DNA of 64,000 nt from Raja brachyura (lineage: Eukaryota), in NCBI GenBank assembly GCA_963514005.1, contig OY740796.1, positions 28,458,001 through 28,522,000 of the forward strand, given 5' to 3'. Below, piece after piece: positions 1 through 12,539 of this stretch (positions are counted from its first letter, which is position 1; every line of letters begins with the position of its first letter). Position numbers and translations under genes: made by a program. Under the pieces are notes generated by a model that had not been told where the DNA came from, made no database searches, and saw only the letters and a program-made list of their open reading frames with translations.

Positions 1-1032
1 CGGATTTGATAAAGGAACTTGAGGTTAATGAGCCATTAGGAGGTAGTGACCATAATATGATCTGGTTCAATGTATAATTGGAGAGGGAGATGGGTAGATT
101 GGAGGTGTCAGTGTTACAATTGAATAAAGGGGACTATGGGGCCATGAGGCCAAAGTTGACTGAAAGGATACCCTAGCAAGGTACAGTGGAACAACAATGG
201 CAGGTATTTCTAGGAATAATATAGAAGGTGCAGGATCAGTTCATTCCTAGGAGGAATAAAGATTCCAAGGGGAGTAAGCGGCGACCGTGGCTGACAAGGG
301 ACAGTATAAAAATAAATAGAAGAACGTAGCAATACAACGTAGCAAAGATGAGCAGGAAGCAAGAGGATTGGGTAATGTTTAAAGAGCAACAGAAGATAAC
401 TAAAAAGACAATACGGGGAGAAAAGATGAGGTACGAAGGTAAGCTAGCCAAGAATATGAAGGAGGATAGCACAAACTTCTTGGGTTTGTGAATAGGAAAA
501 CATTAGTTAAGACCAAAGTTGGAAAAGGTGAATTTATTATGGGGAACAAGGAAATGGCAGATGAGTTGAACAGGTACTTTGGATCCGTCTTCTCTAAGGA
601 GGAGATGGAGCGGCTGGGCTTGTACACTCTGGAGTTTAGAAGGATGAGAGGGGATCTTATTGAAACATATAAGATTGTTAATGGTTTGGACACGCTAGAG
701 GCAGGAAATATGTTCCCGATGTTGGGGGAGTCCAGAACCAGGGGCCGCAGTTTAAGAATAAGGGGTAAGCTATTTAGAACGAAGACGAGGAAACACTTTT
801 TCTCACAGAGTTGTGAGTCTGAGGAATTCTCTGCCTCAGAGGGCGGTAGAGGCCAGTTCTCTGTATACTTTCAAGAGAGAGCTAGTTAGGGCTCTAAAAG
901 ATAGCGGAGTCGGGGGATATGGGAGAAGGCAGGAACATTGTTCTGATTGGGGATGATCAGCCATGATCACATTGAATGGCGTGCTGGCTCGAAGGGCCGA
1001 ATGGCCTACTCCTGCACCTGTTGTCTATTGTC
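1..1032 (+). mobile_element. CR1-clade (HER1-type) LINE fragment, internally deleted, with 3' UTR and tail
   Basis: ORF2-like MGNKEMADELNRYFGSVF joined directly to C-terminal RLGLYTLEFRRMRGDLIETYK...SRTRG; 3' end gaagggccgaatggcctactcctgcacc...tgtctattgtc. Confidence 0.9.
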
Positions 1033-1334
1033 TCGCCGATGTAGGGGATACTGAATCGAGAGAACTGAAGGCAATGGATAATGTTGGAACAGATGCATGT
1101 AAATCCGTCTCACTTTAAAGGGCTGTTGGGGTTATATGTTGCACCTCCTGTAATTACAGGAGAAAGTACCTGTGCAGGGGGCAGGAACTAGTGGATTAAC
1201 GAGTTCTGGCAGAGCCACTTTCACCAACTTCCAAGATCACAATGGATCTGCTGGAATTAAGTTACGGTATACATTTAAAGAGGTGAGTCGAAAGATCAGG
1301 GTTTTGAGAAGTATTACGTACTGGCACAGAAGAG

Positions 1335-2070
1335 ATAGAAACATAGAAAATAAATGCAGGAGTAGGCCATTCGGCCTTTCGAGCCAGCACCGCAATTCAA
1401 TAGGGGGGTTTCACGTAAGGTCACGGGTCATAGGGCTTGACGCACGGATCCATCTGGAGAACATCGGTAACTGCCGGTATATGTTATTAATACAAGAAAC
1501 GCGTACTTTCCTGCATGTTAAAACCCGCCAAAATGTGGATTGTGTAAAAATTGTGGAAATTGGGGTAAGCATAAGAGACATGTACCCAACTTCTGAATTC
1601 CAAAAATGAAGCGAAATGAAGGTAAAGGGAAGCGAGAGCTGAAGGGACAAGAACAGCTAAAGTGCTTGGCAAACATTGGCCGTGCAGATATCTGAATTGA
1701 AAATATTGGGAATTATCGCGTTTGCTCACTGTATTTCATCAACAGTAAGGCATTATTTGTGTTTTTTCTTGATTCCTTTGGTATCTAAAAAGTCTCAGAA
1801 GTGATAAATCTGGCTGTAAAGACGCGTTTTCCTTTTTGTGTGTAAAATATGTTTGTATCCCGATTTCCATAATTATTTACAGCGCAAAAATTGATAATTT
1901 CGGCGGGTTTTAACGGGCCCGCTACGCTGGAAACAATGGTCAGTGCTTACCTGCAGTTCATCGCGTGTACTCCACTTGCCGTAGCGTAGCAACAGTACGG
2001 GTTATGGGTCGTGACCCGACTGCCGTCAAACCTCCCTACATGATCATGGCTGATCATCCAAAATCAGATA
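1335..2070 (-). mobile_element. HER1/CR1 3' tail fragment split by a DNA-transposon-like insert
   Basis: tagaaacatagaaa...caattcaa (1335-1400) resumes as catgatcatggctgatcatcc (2039-2060). Confidence 0.8.
1401..2038. mobile_element. Non-autonomous DNA transposon (~640 bp) with imperfect TAGGG-ended TIRs
   Basis: 5' taggggggtttcacg versus reverse complement of 3' end tagggaggtttgacg (13/15), both followed by ggtcacg..cata. Interrupts a LINE tail. TSD unresolved. Confidence 0.7.
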
Positions 2071-2825
2071 AGGCCAGAGAGGCCGACGCCTGCTCCTATT
2101 ATCTGGTTTTTATTTTAAAGCGTGCACTCTCGGCTTTATTATGTTATATTGGGAAATGGGAATTATCATTTGGTTTACAACATACCCTTCATCTTAACAC
2201 ATGTGTTGACCCATTGGTGCCCTGGAACCTGTGTGTGAAAACGCCCTTCCAACTCAACCGACATCTGTCCCCCCACTCAATCTATATCGCCTCTCCCTCC
2301 TCGAACTGTGACACTGCTTATGCGAGGACTCCCTGTGCGACCCGATGTCCAGTTTGACCGCAGAGGCGTCGCAAGCCTGCCTTGTCCAAGGCCCCGATGC
2401 TTTCTTGGCAGCTGTCAGCGGCGGGTGAGTGAGTGATGAGTACACGACTGGGTCCAGATCTCATCGATCGCGCTTCGTGACGGTGTGGATGAAATGCCGC
2501 ACCTTCGCTGGGCGGGAGAGTTCCTCTCTTGGAAACGCCAGTGAACTAACTGCCTTTTTCCTTCCTGTTCTATCACCACAGCCGGCCCCATATCCACCTT
2601 CCGCGGCGGAGATGTCGACTCCGCCTCCTGCCTCATCTCCGCTCCACCCGCCTGCCCCACCACTGATCCTTCCCCCTAGACTAAAGTGACTGCGGTAATG
2701 TTCTTTGGAAAGCGCCCCAACCTTTACCGAGACACTATTCTCACCGGGGCTCAACTAGGACAAAGGGCACGTTTTTCAAGTGCCCCATTGGTCTCCTCCA
2801 ATCCTTCAGACCTGCAAAATCCCAT

Positions 2826-3762
2826 GGTGGACAAAAATGCTGGAGAAACTCAGCGGGTGAGGCAGCATCTATGGAGCGAAGGAAATAGGCAACGTTTCGG
2901 GCCGAAACCCTTCCTCAGACTGATGCAGGGTGGGTGGGGGGGGCGGGAAGAAGAAAGTAAGAGGAAGAGCCAGAGGGAGAGCTGGAAGGGGAAGAGACAG
3001 CAGGGGCTACCGGAAATTAGAGAAGTTAATGTTCAGGCCACTGGGGTGCAGACTGCCCAAGGTGTCTGCTCATGAGGTGCTGCTCCTCCAGTTTCCGGTG
3101 GTGCTCACTCTGGCAATGGAGGAGGCCCAGGACAGAAAGGTCGGATGCAGAATTGAGGGGGAGTTGAAGTGCTGAGCCACAGGGAGATAAGGTAGGTTAA
3201 TGCGGACCGAGCAGAGGTATCCGGCGAAACGGTCGCCAAGCCAACGCTTGGTCTCACCGATGTAGAGCAGCTGACATCTAGAGCAGCGGATGCAATAGAT
3301 GAGGTTGGAGGAGGTGCAAGTGAACCTCTGCCGTACCTGGAACGACTGCTTGGGTCCTTGAATGGAGTCGAGGGGGGAGGCAAAGCGACAAGTGTAGCAT
3401 CTCTTGCGGTTGCAAGGGAAAGTGCACGGGGAAGGGAAAAATTGACCAGTGATGTATGGAGGGAGCGGTCTCTGCGGAAAGCAGACGGGGGGGGGGGGGG
3501 GGGGGGAGATGGGAAGATGTGGCGAGTGGTGGGGTCACGTTGGAGGTGGCGAAAATGATGGAGGACTATTTGTTGTATGTGACGGCTGGTGGGGTGAAAG
3601 GTGAGGACCAGGGGGACTCTGCCCTTATTCTGAGTGGGGGGATGGGGGGAGAGAGCAGTATTGCGGGGTATTGAAGAGACCCTGGTGAGGGCCTCATCTA
3701 TGATTGGGGAGGGGAACCCACGTTTCCTGAAGAAATAGGACATTTCCGATGCCCTGGTGTGG
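2826..3762 (-). mobile_element. Penelope-like retroelement 3' fragment (RT thumb, linker and GIY-YIG endonuclease, frameshifted) with pLTR
   Basis: ORF 3105..3743 RVPLVLTFHP...AFRRDRSL; another frame gives FPCNRKRCYTC and NLIYCIRCSRCQLLYIGETKR (GIY-YIG). Possible TSD aaa(a/c)tcccat at 2816 and 3763. Confidence 0.9.
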
Positions 3763-4426
3763 AAACTCCCATTCTGGCTTTAATCACTCCGATTTCCCAA
3801 TGGGAGTCTCGTGCTCTTGGAATTTTCTTCCAGAACCTCCTCGCCAAATTGATTTATTCTAGCTTTCTTCACTAGTCTTCTTATCTCGAGCTCAGACTAT
3901 CTGAAACTCTCCCTGGATCTTCCGGCAGTTTTCACCACAAGCCATCCCCAGCAAGTAAATTATTGCATATGCAGCAATACTGCACTTTCAACGCCTTAAC
4001 TGTAAAGGGTTTTGAGTCATCACGTGGATAAAGCATTGCATAAAACCCGCTGAGGATTTGCAGACGTTAATCAGGGCACAAATCTCGGTGATTAGAAGCG
4101 TGCGGACGTCTTAGAATACCGATTTCAGGCACGGTCGACAGATTGCACTCGTCTCTCCTCTCCCTCGTTGTACCCCAGTCTACACCGAGTAGGCTGAGGT
4201 CGGATCAGCTTACAATAGAGCACAGTATTCCACACCTGAGGGGATCCGCCGTCTGTGTGGCTGGAACGCATCTCACGTGAAGGGCGCCCTTACTGAGTTG
4301 GTGAACGGTCGAGCCTCTGGAGGGTGGCGAATGCAGGTCAATTGTTATGCCCCTTTCTTTCCCTCCCCCCAGTAAACTTCCCGGACAGATTTTGGCAGGT
4401 TTAGTCTCCAGCGAGGCAGAGAAGGC

Positions 4427-4620
4427 GGGTGCAGCAGCATCTAAGGAGCGAAGGAGATAGGCGACGTTTCGGGTCGAGACCCTTCTTCAGTCTGAAAAAG
4501 GGTCTCGACCCGAAACGTCGCCTATCCACTTCGCTCCTTAGATGCTGCTGCACCCGCTGAGTTTCTCCAGCCTTTTGTGTAACCCTCGATTCTCCAGCAT
4601 TTGCAGTTACTTCTTTAACA
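4427..4620. mobile_element. Palindromic mini-Penelope (inverted pLTR) with hammerhead-like core
   Basis: Near-perfect inverted repeat centred at 4491; TSD cagagaaggc at 4417-4426 and 4621-4630. Confidence 0.88.
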
Positions 4621-5299
4621 CAGAGAAGGCATCCAGAGGCCAACTTCCGCACTCCCAACTATCCCGCAGGTTTATACCACTTAAGGTTTAAAACAAAAAG
4701 TGTCTCACTAACGTGTTATTGGCGAACTCAAGAGCTTGCTCTTCTGCCAAAGCCCACATGGGATAGAGCTAGAAGCATCAACGATCGCAGTGATCTCTAA
4801 TCTCAAAATGTCCCGAATGGGGCCCACTGTGCCCCTGTGGAGATGCCGCATCCTGATTTATTGTGGACTTCCGTAACAGGAGATTGTTTTTACTTTTCCT
4901 TTCCCTCCGTCGTTTCTCACCCAACTACGTTGACACTTTCTGAAACCCAAACTGAGAAAGCCATTGGTCGCTTTTATGCACCAATTTCTCCGCCCGTCTA
5001 ATAGAGGTCCATCCAACGACTTAAGATCTCAAGTTTGTTTCGACTGAAATAAACTTCCACCGTCTAAAGCAATGTGTATAGGGCAGGTCCAACGCACCAA
5101 CCCAAATGAGCCGTTTTTCGCCGCCCTTTTATGGATTGGGTAGAAAAATCCCACCCCGTGATCTCGATGGGCGGGCAGAGGTCACCCCTTGAGACGACGA
5201 ACCCCGCCGCTAGATTTAACGCGGATAGAGCAACATGCCTAATTGAGTGGATTTTTGCTTTCATAGGAATCTCAAAAAAATCGACCCAAAAAGGTCACA

Positions 5300-7538
5300 G
5301 AGAACTCCCATAATGTGCCAAAAAACTTTTATTAAGATTTTATAAAAGGAATTTGTGTTGCATAAAAAACTTTTATTTAACGAAACATAACAGGAAATAT
5401 AAAAGAAACAACTGCAAAGGAAAATGGAGAGCGAATTTGAACACCACAACACAAGATGAGGACAGAGGCGGGATGAAGACAGAGGCAGGAAAAGGGTACA
5501 AAGAACGGGGTCTGTAATATTAGACATGGCCGCCTGCCCAGAACCCTGTGTGTGCACACAGAGACTCTGCCTGTACCATTACACAAAGCTTTCTTCAGCA
5601 AGGATTCAGCAACTTGCAGCCACAACTAAACAAGCACCATCTCAGGGAGGTGAGTCATCGCATCACAGCGCTTCAGCTTTACGGAGCGGGACCACAGGCT
5701 CTGTCCAACCTTCTTGCGAGGACGAGCATCCCCAGGTCAAGGGTGCCAATGGAATTCAGGGAAACAACACAGGACCTGTCCCCAGGGCAAGGAACGCCGT
5801 CTTCTACACTGTCCTACCGCACATTCCCGGGGTTAGAGGAAAGCTGTCCCCACGTTACAGCTCGCCAGCATCAAGAGTGCACCTTGCAGCACCCACCTAC
5901 AACAGATCTGAAACAGGCGGCGTGTAACCCTGCACCTGCACCCAGCGAATGGGCCTTGGCTTTCAGCACGCCTGCAATCCAGTTCAACACCATAACCAAG
6001 ATCTCTCCTCTGCCCGACGAACGGCCCGCGTGGAAAAGCTTTGTGTAAGGGAGTGGAATGTCTAGAAGCTGTCAGTGATACTTCGAGATGGCGTGTGCGC
6101 GTGCCTGTGTGTGCGCGCGCTCGTGCTCGTTCATGAGATGTGCTGCATTCCTGTAGCTTGCACAAACACAACTTTTCTTCAGGCCTGTCCTCCTGTGCTC
6201 CATCCAGCACTGGGGATGTTGGAGCCCCAACTGAACTCCTGGAAAAATTTATTCACTTTCTAAACATAAGAGAAAAATAGGTCCAGTCCCAACGAGAACG
6301 TTTTTTTAAAAAAAAAATCAACTTTCAGGATCTGGCTGCAGGATTCAAATCAGATGATGTATTTTATTTTAAAAATCAAATCTATGTTTAACTTTTGCAT
6401 AGTCTGTTGATGCTTAATTTTCAGCCTGTTCCTGAAGGGTCGGGTATTAGATATGTGGGGACTGGTAGGGGGCACACGAAAACTTGTTGACCTTGGACCA
6501 GAGATGTTTACTGCAGCCTGACCATGCTACAGTGTAGTCATTTGTCACTCGTGAATGCTTGGAGAGAAAACCAAAAAAAAAACAATTAAACATTTTTTCA
6601 TTGTAATTATTCAATGTTGAAATATTGCCTGAAGTCATCAGGTATAACTAAAATGATTAAACATCTGATTAATGTGAAGTACAGCACACAGGAAGTGGTT
6701 AGATTAACGGAATGCACCAAGCCCCCAAAAGCCCAGTGACTTCCAATATGGCTTCCCTGATTCCCAGAATGCACAGCGAGCTGGCATCAGCAAAACACCT
6801 CCCCCTTCCAAATTGCATTATTATTTAAATCAAATCTCCTTATTACACTTTACCCCCTCTGTTCTTAAAGGCAGCAAATCAGCTGGGACATCGGGAGCTA
6901 AGAACCACATCAACCACAAAGGATACTAGGTTAATTTTAATATTCCAAGGACTAATGGACCCTATTGTTGTGAGAGGGGTCAAGGTGGGGTGAGGGAGGG
7001 GAGGGGGGGAGGGGGGGGTGGGAGTTAACCAAACTTAGCTATGATATCCCCACTCCTCCCTCAGCCCACCCCATGGTCGCTTAGCCTTCTGATGTCTGTT
7101 CCACCAGAAGTCATTGATGCGAGTCTGGAATGGGAACCCAGGTTGGCATTCTCCCTCCTTATCTCAGGCTAGAGGGCATTAGTCATCCTGCCTTGAGATT
7201 GAACACAAGGATTTTGTGGCTCAGTTATTCAGTGGGCAATGTATTTATCCACTGAGCCAATGTCTCAATTGTGATTAACCAAGGGGAAGTTTAAATTTAT
7301 CAAATAGCGCCAGCTCTTAAAAATGTTGATTTTTTTTGTGTGAATGCTGAGGGAATCAGGTAAAAGGTTATTCAGCCACTCTAAGGGGTTGGGGGTCAAT
7401 CTGCAGGTACAGACTTGCATGAAAACAGACCTCCTAAACAACAATATTCACAAATCTGAATGATACTCCCAATGACTCCTTCCCGTCACTCGTTACCTCA
7501 CTAGTTCTACACAGGGTCTGAGCAGCTGCACCATCCTT
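5300..7538 (-). other. PCBP4: PCBP4 3' UTR with candidate AATAAA signals at 6363-6368, 6248-6253, 5372-5377 and 5328-5333
   Basis: tttatt on the plus strand at these positions. The distal signal is followed on the minus strand by a GU/U-rich element (tctctgtgaccttttttgggtcgatttttttg). Confidence 0.6.
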
Positions 7539-7851
7539 TCAATACGGTGAGAACTTCTGTCGCTCAGACTTCTTAACCCCATTGGATGAGGAGATTTTGG
7601 CTGTGTAAGCTGACAGGCTCCCAGAAGGCCCCGAGTTGGCTGCAGACAATGCCAGGAAGGGAACATTTTTCATGCCAAGGAGGCTGGAGATGGGAATGGC
7701 ATAGGGGGCATTCAGCATAGAGGATGGGAGGGCGGAGCTCATCGATGCCAGTGGGGAAGAGGCAGGGTTGGCAGGCTGAGAGAAGGTCATGTTGAGGTCA
7801 ACTGGGGTCGTGATGGAAGCATTCTGGGAGGTGGTTTTAGCCATCTCTAAA
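7539..7851 (-). CDS. PCBP4: PCBP4 terminal coding exon (C-LEMAKTTSQN...AYTAKISSSNGVKKSERQKFSPY*)
   Basis: tctttgcag|T TTA GAG. The long C-terminal tail ending ERQKFSPY is diagnostic of PCBP4 rather than PCBP1/2/3. Confidence 0.95.
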
Positions 7852-9293
7852 CTGCAAAGAAAGAGAGGTGGAGAGAGGTCAGGGTTATATTAGGTGAGAG
7901 GAATAGAAGACTGAGTTAAGGAGGGGTGGTGGAGGATGATATTAAAACAAATGTAAGGATACATTATGCCACAGGTTCAATACTTTTGTATTGAATTAAA
8001 AACACACACAAGGCACTAAACACATGCAGGGGGGGGGGGGGGGAAGGGGGCCTTCCCAGCTCAATAACCTTCAGCTACCTAGGATCCCAAATTTATGAAG
8101 GGCACCCATTTCAGCTTCCTAACACCAACCAGCCAATAAATGCAGACATGTAGTTAAAGTTCTCCTGAGGAAACAGTTTGGTGTACAAACCAGTTTCCTT
8201 GAGTAAACCACACTGCTCACCCCAAGCACTAATGGCATTTCAGTATAGAAAGCTGATCAATTCATGAAAGATCTATCTTTTACAGAACCTTCAATCAACT
8301 GGCTGGAAAGCTATATGAAAACGATTCTTCTCTCTCCCTCTACACTCTCTCTCTCTCTCTCTTAATCCCCACATTCCATTTATTCCTCTTCGAGATAATC
8401 CCAGTGCCCCTCAAATAAAGACCACTCAATGAAACTCATTTTCTCATTATGGTATTCTTATAAAACTCACTTTTCTCCAGCCTAGCCATCGGGGTTTTTA
8501 AAGGGTCAGATTTCTCGATTTAGGTTGTCTCTGATCCAACCATTCTCAGCCCTGCTGATAACCTGTCCTACTTTACCTAGGCTTCCCAAAGACAAACCAG
8601 GTGACAGAATTCACACTGAGGACTGGTCTGCCAATGCATGCTAGGAGTAAGATTTGCATCGACAATCTCATCTGCACTGAGCTCAAGGACCTGTCTGTAC
8701 CTTGATCTCCCAGAAGGTGACTCAAGAGTAGCAGGTTGCCAGTCTTGGCCAGAGAGCCCGGGAGTTTTCAGCAGAGGAAACAGGAGAAGGTAACGAGTCA
8801 TAGTGACAATGACCATTATACTGTAACTGAAAAGTTTTCTAAGAAAGGTTGGTGGACATATTCAACACAAATGCCAGTGGAACTGAACATTCAGTGTCTG
8901 TAATCTTAAAGCCTCTCACAGCTTCAACTACACTTCAGGGAGTAGACAAACCCCAGCATCACCAACCAATCAAGTCTCAAGTTTGATCTTTGCTCCCAGC
9001 TAATTGAACCAACACCAGTCAATACACCTGCCAATGTTGAGGGTGAGAAGACAAAGAGGTTTAGGTTGGGGAAAACTTTAAGAGTTTTAGCCTTTGACTG
9101 GTAACTTTAAGCCTGTGTCTCACATTTGAACTGCACCTCTATACATTGCATGACATCAATAATCCTTTTGACACTTGCCATGAATGCTATCACTTAGGTG
9201 GGATACTAAAGGGTAAACAGTATTTGTGAAACCGTACAAGGAGGGGAGAAAACAAGGAACCACAGAGCCAAAGCATATCCCAAACACCCCAAA

Positions 9294-9690
9294 GTGGTGG
9301 CACAGTGTCGCAGGTGGTAGAGCCACTGCCTCACAGCTCCAGAGACACTGGTTCAATCCTGACCTCGGATGCTGTCTGTCTGGTGTATGAACGTCCACCC
9401 AGTGACTGCGTGGGTTTCCCCCAGGAGATCCGGTTTCCTCCCAGTCCCAAAGACGCGCAGGTTGGTAGATTAATTGGCCACTGTAAATTGCCTCTAGTGT
9501 GTAGGTAAGTGGTAGAATCTAGGTGGGGTGGGTGGGGAGGGGGAGAAGGCGGGGGGGAGGAAGGAGTTGATGGGAATGTGGGGAGAATAAAAAAAATAGG
9601 ATTAATATAGGATTTATGTAAATGGGTGGTTGATGGTTGGCATGGACTTTGTGGGCCAAAGGGCCCATTTCCATGCTGCATCTATGACTG
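9294..9690 (+). mobile_element. HE1/V-SINE (tRNA head, V-domain, CR1-like tail)
   Basis: tggcacagtg..gcag..ggtagag, B-box ggttcaatcct, ctgcgtgggtttc...tccggtttcctccca..ccaaagac core, tail gggccaaagggcc..tttcc. Confidence 0.85.
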
Positions 9691-10176
9691 TTATCAATAT
9701 GAGGAAGGACAATCGTGCCAGCATTCAGTCCAACAAATGATCCTTGCAAGAAGGCAGTGATCAGAGGCCTCTGCCTCCAGCGGACAGAGGGAAAGGGAAG
9801 GAGCACAGAAGAGGAATTCAATTTCAGATCACCCTCCTGATGGTTGAAGGTAGAATGCCCCCTGCAGTCTCCAGGGAAAAGGACAGCACAAAGGGGCCCT
9901 GGGCAAGCTCAGCAAGACAGAGCACATGTTGAAAGAAACTAAATGCTCCAAACAGCCCACATCCCCCTTCCCATTCCATATCCCGGTCAGTGTTAATTTA
10001 TTGGGTGTTTATGTGAGTTGGCTCAATTTCATCTACTGTGCCCTTTACTCTGAAAAAGCTCACCGTCACCCAGCACCAAACTTGTACCCAATGCCAGCAG
10101 GCCGCCTGTCCCTCTTAACTGTATGCTATATTGCCTCCTCCATTACCGTACTGGGGTAGGCCACCAGGTTTCCTTA

Positions 10177-10497
<321 letters not shown>

Positions 10498-11809
10498 TCA
10501 CCACTAACACCAAACACAGTTCTGCCAATCTTTTTAATGCCCGATGAAACATGGCTCCCTCTATTCTGCCACAAATGCTTCTAGTTTGTAGCCTAATTTA
10601 CCGAAATACTCTGTATACCCTACAGAATGTACTCTGACCTCCAGCAGTAGTGTCCCTCCAGCTTTGGCCTGACATCTGTTTAGTGAAACTTAATATCTCT
10701 CCATTCTTGTTCTGAATTTCAAAAGACACATGTCGTGTGTTGTCTGGACAGCATTCCTTTCTTCCTTTGTCACTTGACACTCCGGGGTTTTGAAGAGAGT
10801 ATTGTGTGGTACTGCTGATTGACTATTTATAAGCATTGGGCTGTGACCCTGCTTCACATTCAGCACATGCCAGGAATTGCAGCCCAATTCCTGTCCACTA
10901 TCCATCAACAGGAACAGAGCAACAAAAAAAAAATTGCAGCATCAGTCTCAGATTCATATGAATGTGGCTAGGCACATCACATACAACTTCAGTCCAAACA
11001 GGTCACAGATATTTAATATTGCCTTCTCACGATATGCTGTGATGTTGTCATCATCGTAGGGAGTGCCTCTAATCAAATGTATTCTAAATTTGGTTACTCT
11101 GGTTATAATGTGAGCTACTCATTTCATCTGTAAAGACATGCTATTAATACTGTGAGTTGCAACTTCCCATGTATATAATCACCCCATTCATGATGGGAGG
11201 GATAATCACGCAGATTGAGGGCAGTTTACTTATTGTTGCATCTGTGCAACTGGTAGAGCTGCTGTCTCACTCAGGTTTAATCCTGACCTCTGGTGCCGTC
11301 TCTTTGCATGTTTACCCTGTGACATGTGGGATTTGTCCATAAGGGGTCCCACAGTAAGCTTTATCTTCCCCACACTTTAAGTGCCCAGAAGACACAGCGG
11401 GCAGCATGAGTGAGCAGCACAAAACTCATTCCCCAGCTAGTGCCAGCAGTCAGCAGCAGAGGTGAGAAAATTGGTAATTATAGAAACAAAGTTAAATTAA
11501 TGTGAAAACATAACTCTAAAAGTCGACGCCACTCTGGTCCAAATAGTGTATTTCTTTCTTTTTCTAGTCCTGGTCACTAAAATTGCACTTTTGGGAAACA
11601 CGGTAATATATCAACTTGTTCACACACTGACCCACTGTAGTGCCATCAACTCTCCTAGCTCCACCATCCTGCTCCGTTTTTTTGGCCGTGCATACGTTTT
11701 ACTTCGCTAATGGATGAGTGTTAGGGATGGCCGGAATAGCAACACGAAAAAGGCAGGTTGGGTTCTCTGGCCATTCTCTCTACCACATTTGTTCTAAAGC
11801 TGCAACCAT

Positions 11810-12115
11810 ATCCTCACATCCGAGTCAGGAGGTGTTCAAGCCCCAGGCAAATGGATACAAACTAGACTGACGTGTTAATGCAACACAGGGGCAATTCCTT
11901 TTCTGAGTAAACTGATGATTCACCTGGACTTGGGTAGATTTGCAATACGTAAAGAGCAAAGTTCATCCCTTGTACCCAAGCAAATATTTACCTTCAAATA
12001 TTGTTAAAGGGCATCTAATTATCACGTTGCTAGATGCAACTTAGCTACCACAGTTCTAATATTACCCTGCAAAATGTATTAAACTGCCTGGAACATCCCA
12101 AGGTTGTGAAAAGCA
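11810..12115 (+). mobile_element. Old Deu-domain-like SINE remnant
   Basis: ttcaagcccca...gactgac...agagca..gttc.tccc..tgt.cc..gcaaatattta.c.tca..., typical of DeuSINE cores; degenerate. Confidence 0.4.
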
Positions 12116-12486
12116 AAAACAATACCCTGCCTGTATCCAAATCCCTCACCGCTGTTTTCATTTTACTTTACACTGATCCAGTAGCCCTTGGCATATTTCG
12201 ATAAATAAATATTTCTAGTTGATCCTCTTCACCTCAAATCCATCTCTCCAACAATGCAGTGCTATCATTGTTAACATGTATGAATTTTAAGCTAGCAAAT
12301 CGAACTTTAGATCCGGAATGCAGCTAAGGGAATGTTTGTTCCAGAATAGCAGGTGTACAAGCTTAGGGCGAGCACTTACTAGAACTTAAATGTGAATGGA
12401 TCACATTAGATGTCTGTTTTCCATGTCTAACCCAAGAGGAATACGCACATGCACAGGAAACATCCAACTCAACTAACACTACTTAC

Positions 12487-12539
12487 ATCATTTGGAATCA
12501 GGAGCTCCTGAGATGTAGTCTGACCACTGTTGTCCAATC
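12487..12539 (-). CDS. PCBP4: PCBP4 coding exon 10 (G-LDNSGQTTSQELLIPND)
   Basis: cag|GA...GAT|gtaagt, 53 bp. Restores phase 0; start of KH3. Confidence 0.93.

Noticed and set aside
3487-3506. Long poly-G/C runs (also near 8028, 14286, 32847, 36452, 42149, 43748)
   Set aside because: Simple homopolymer expansions, several inside repeats; lengths may be sequencing artefacts.
5526-6210. Overlapping 125-166 aa ORFs
   Set aside because: They lie within or antisense to the PCBP4 3' UTR, have no recognisable domain, and are explained by GC content.
9294-9370. tRNA-like A and B boxes (also at other SINE heads)
   Set aside because: They are SINE heads followed by the V-domain; no complete cloverleaf.
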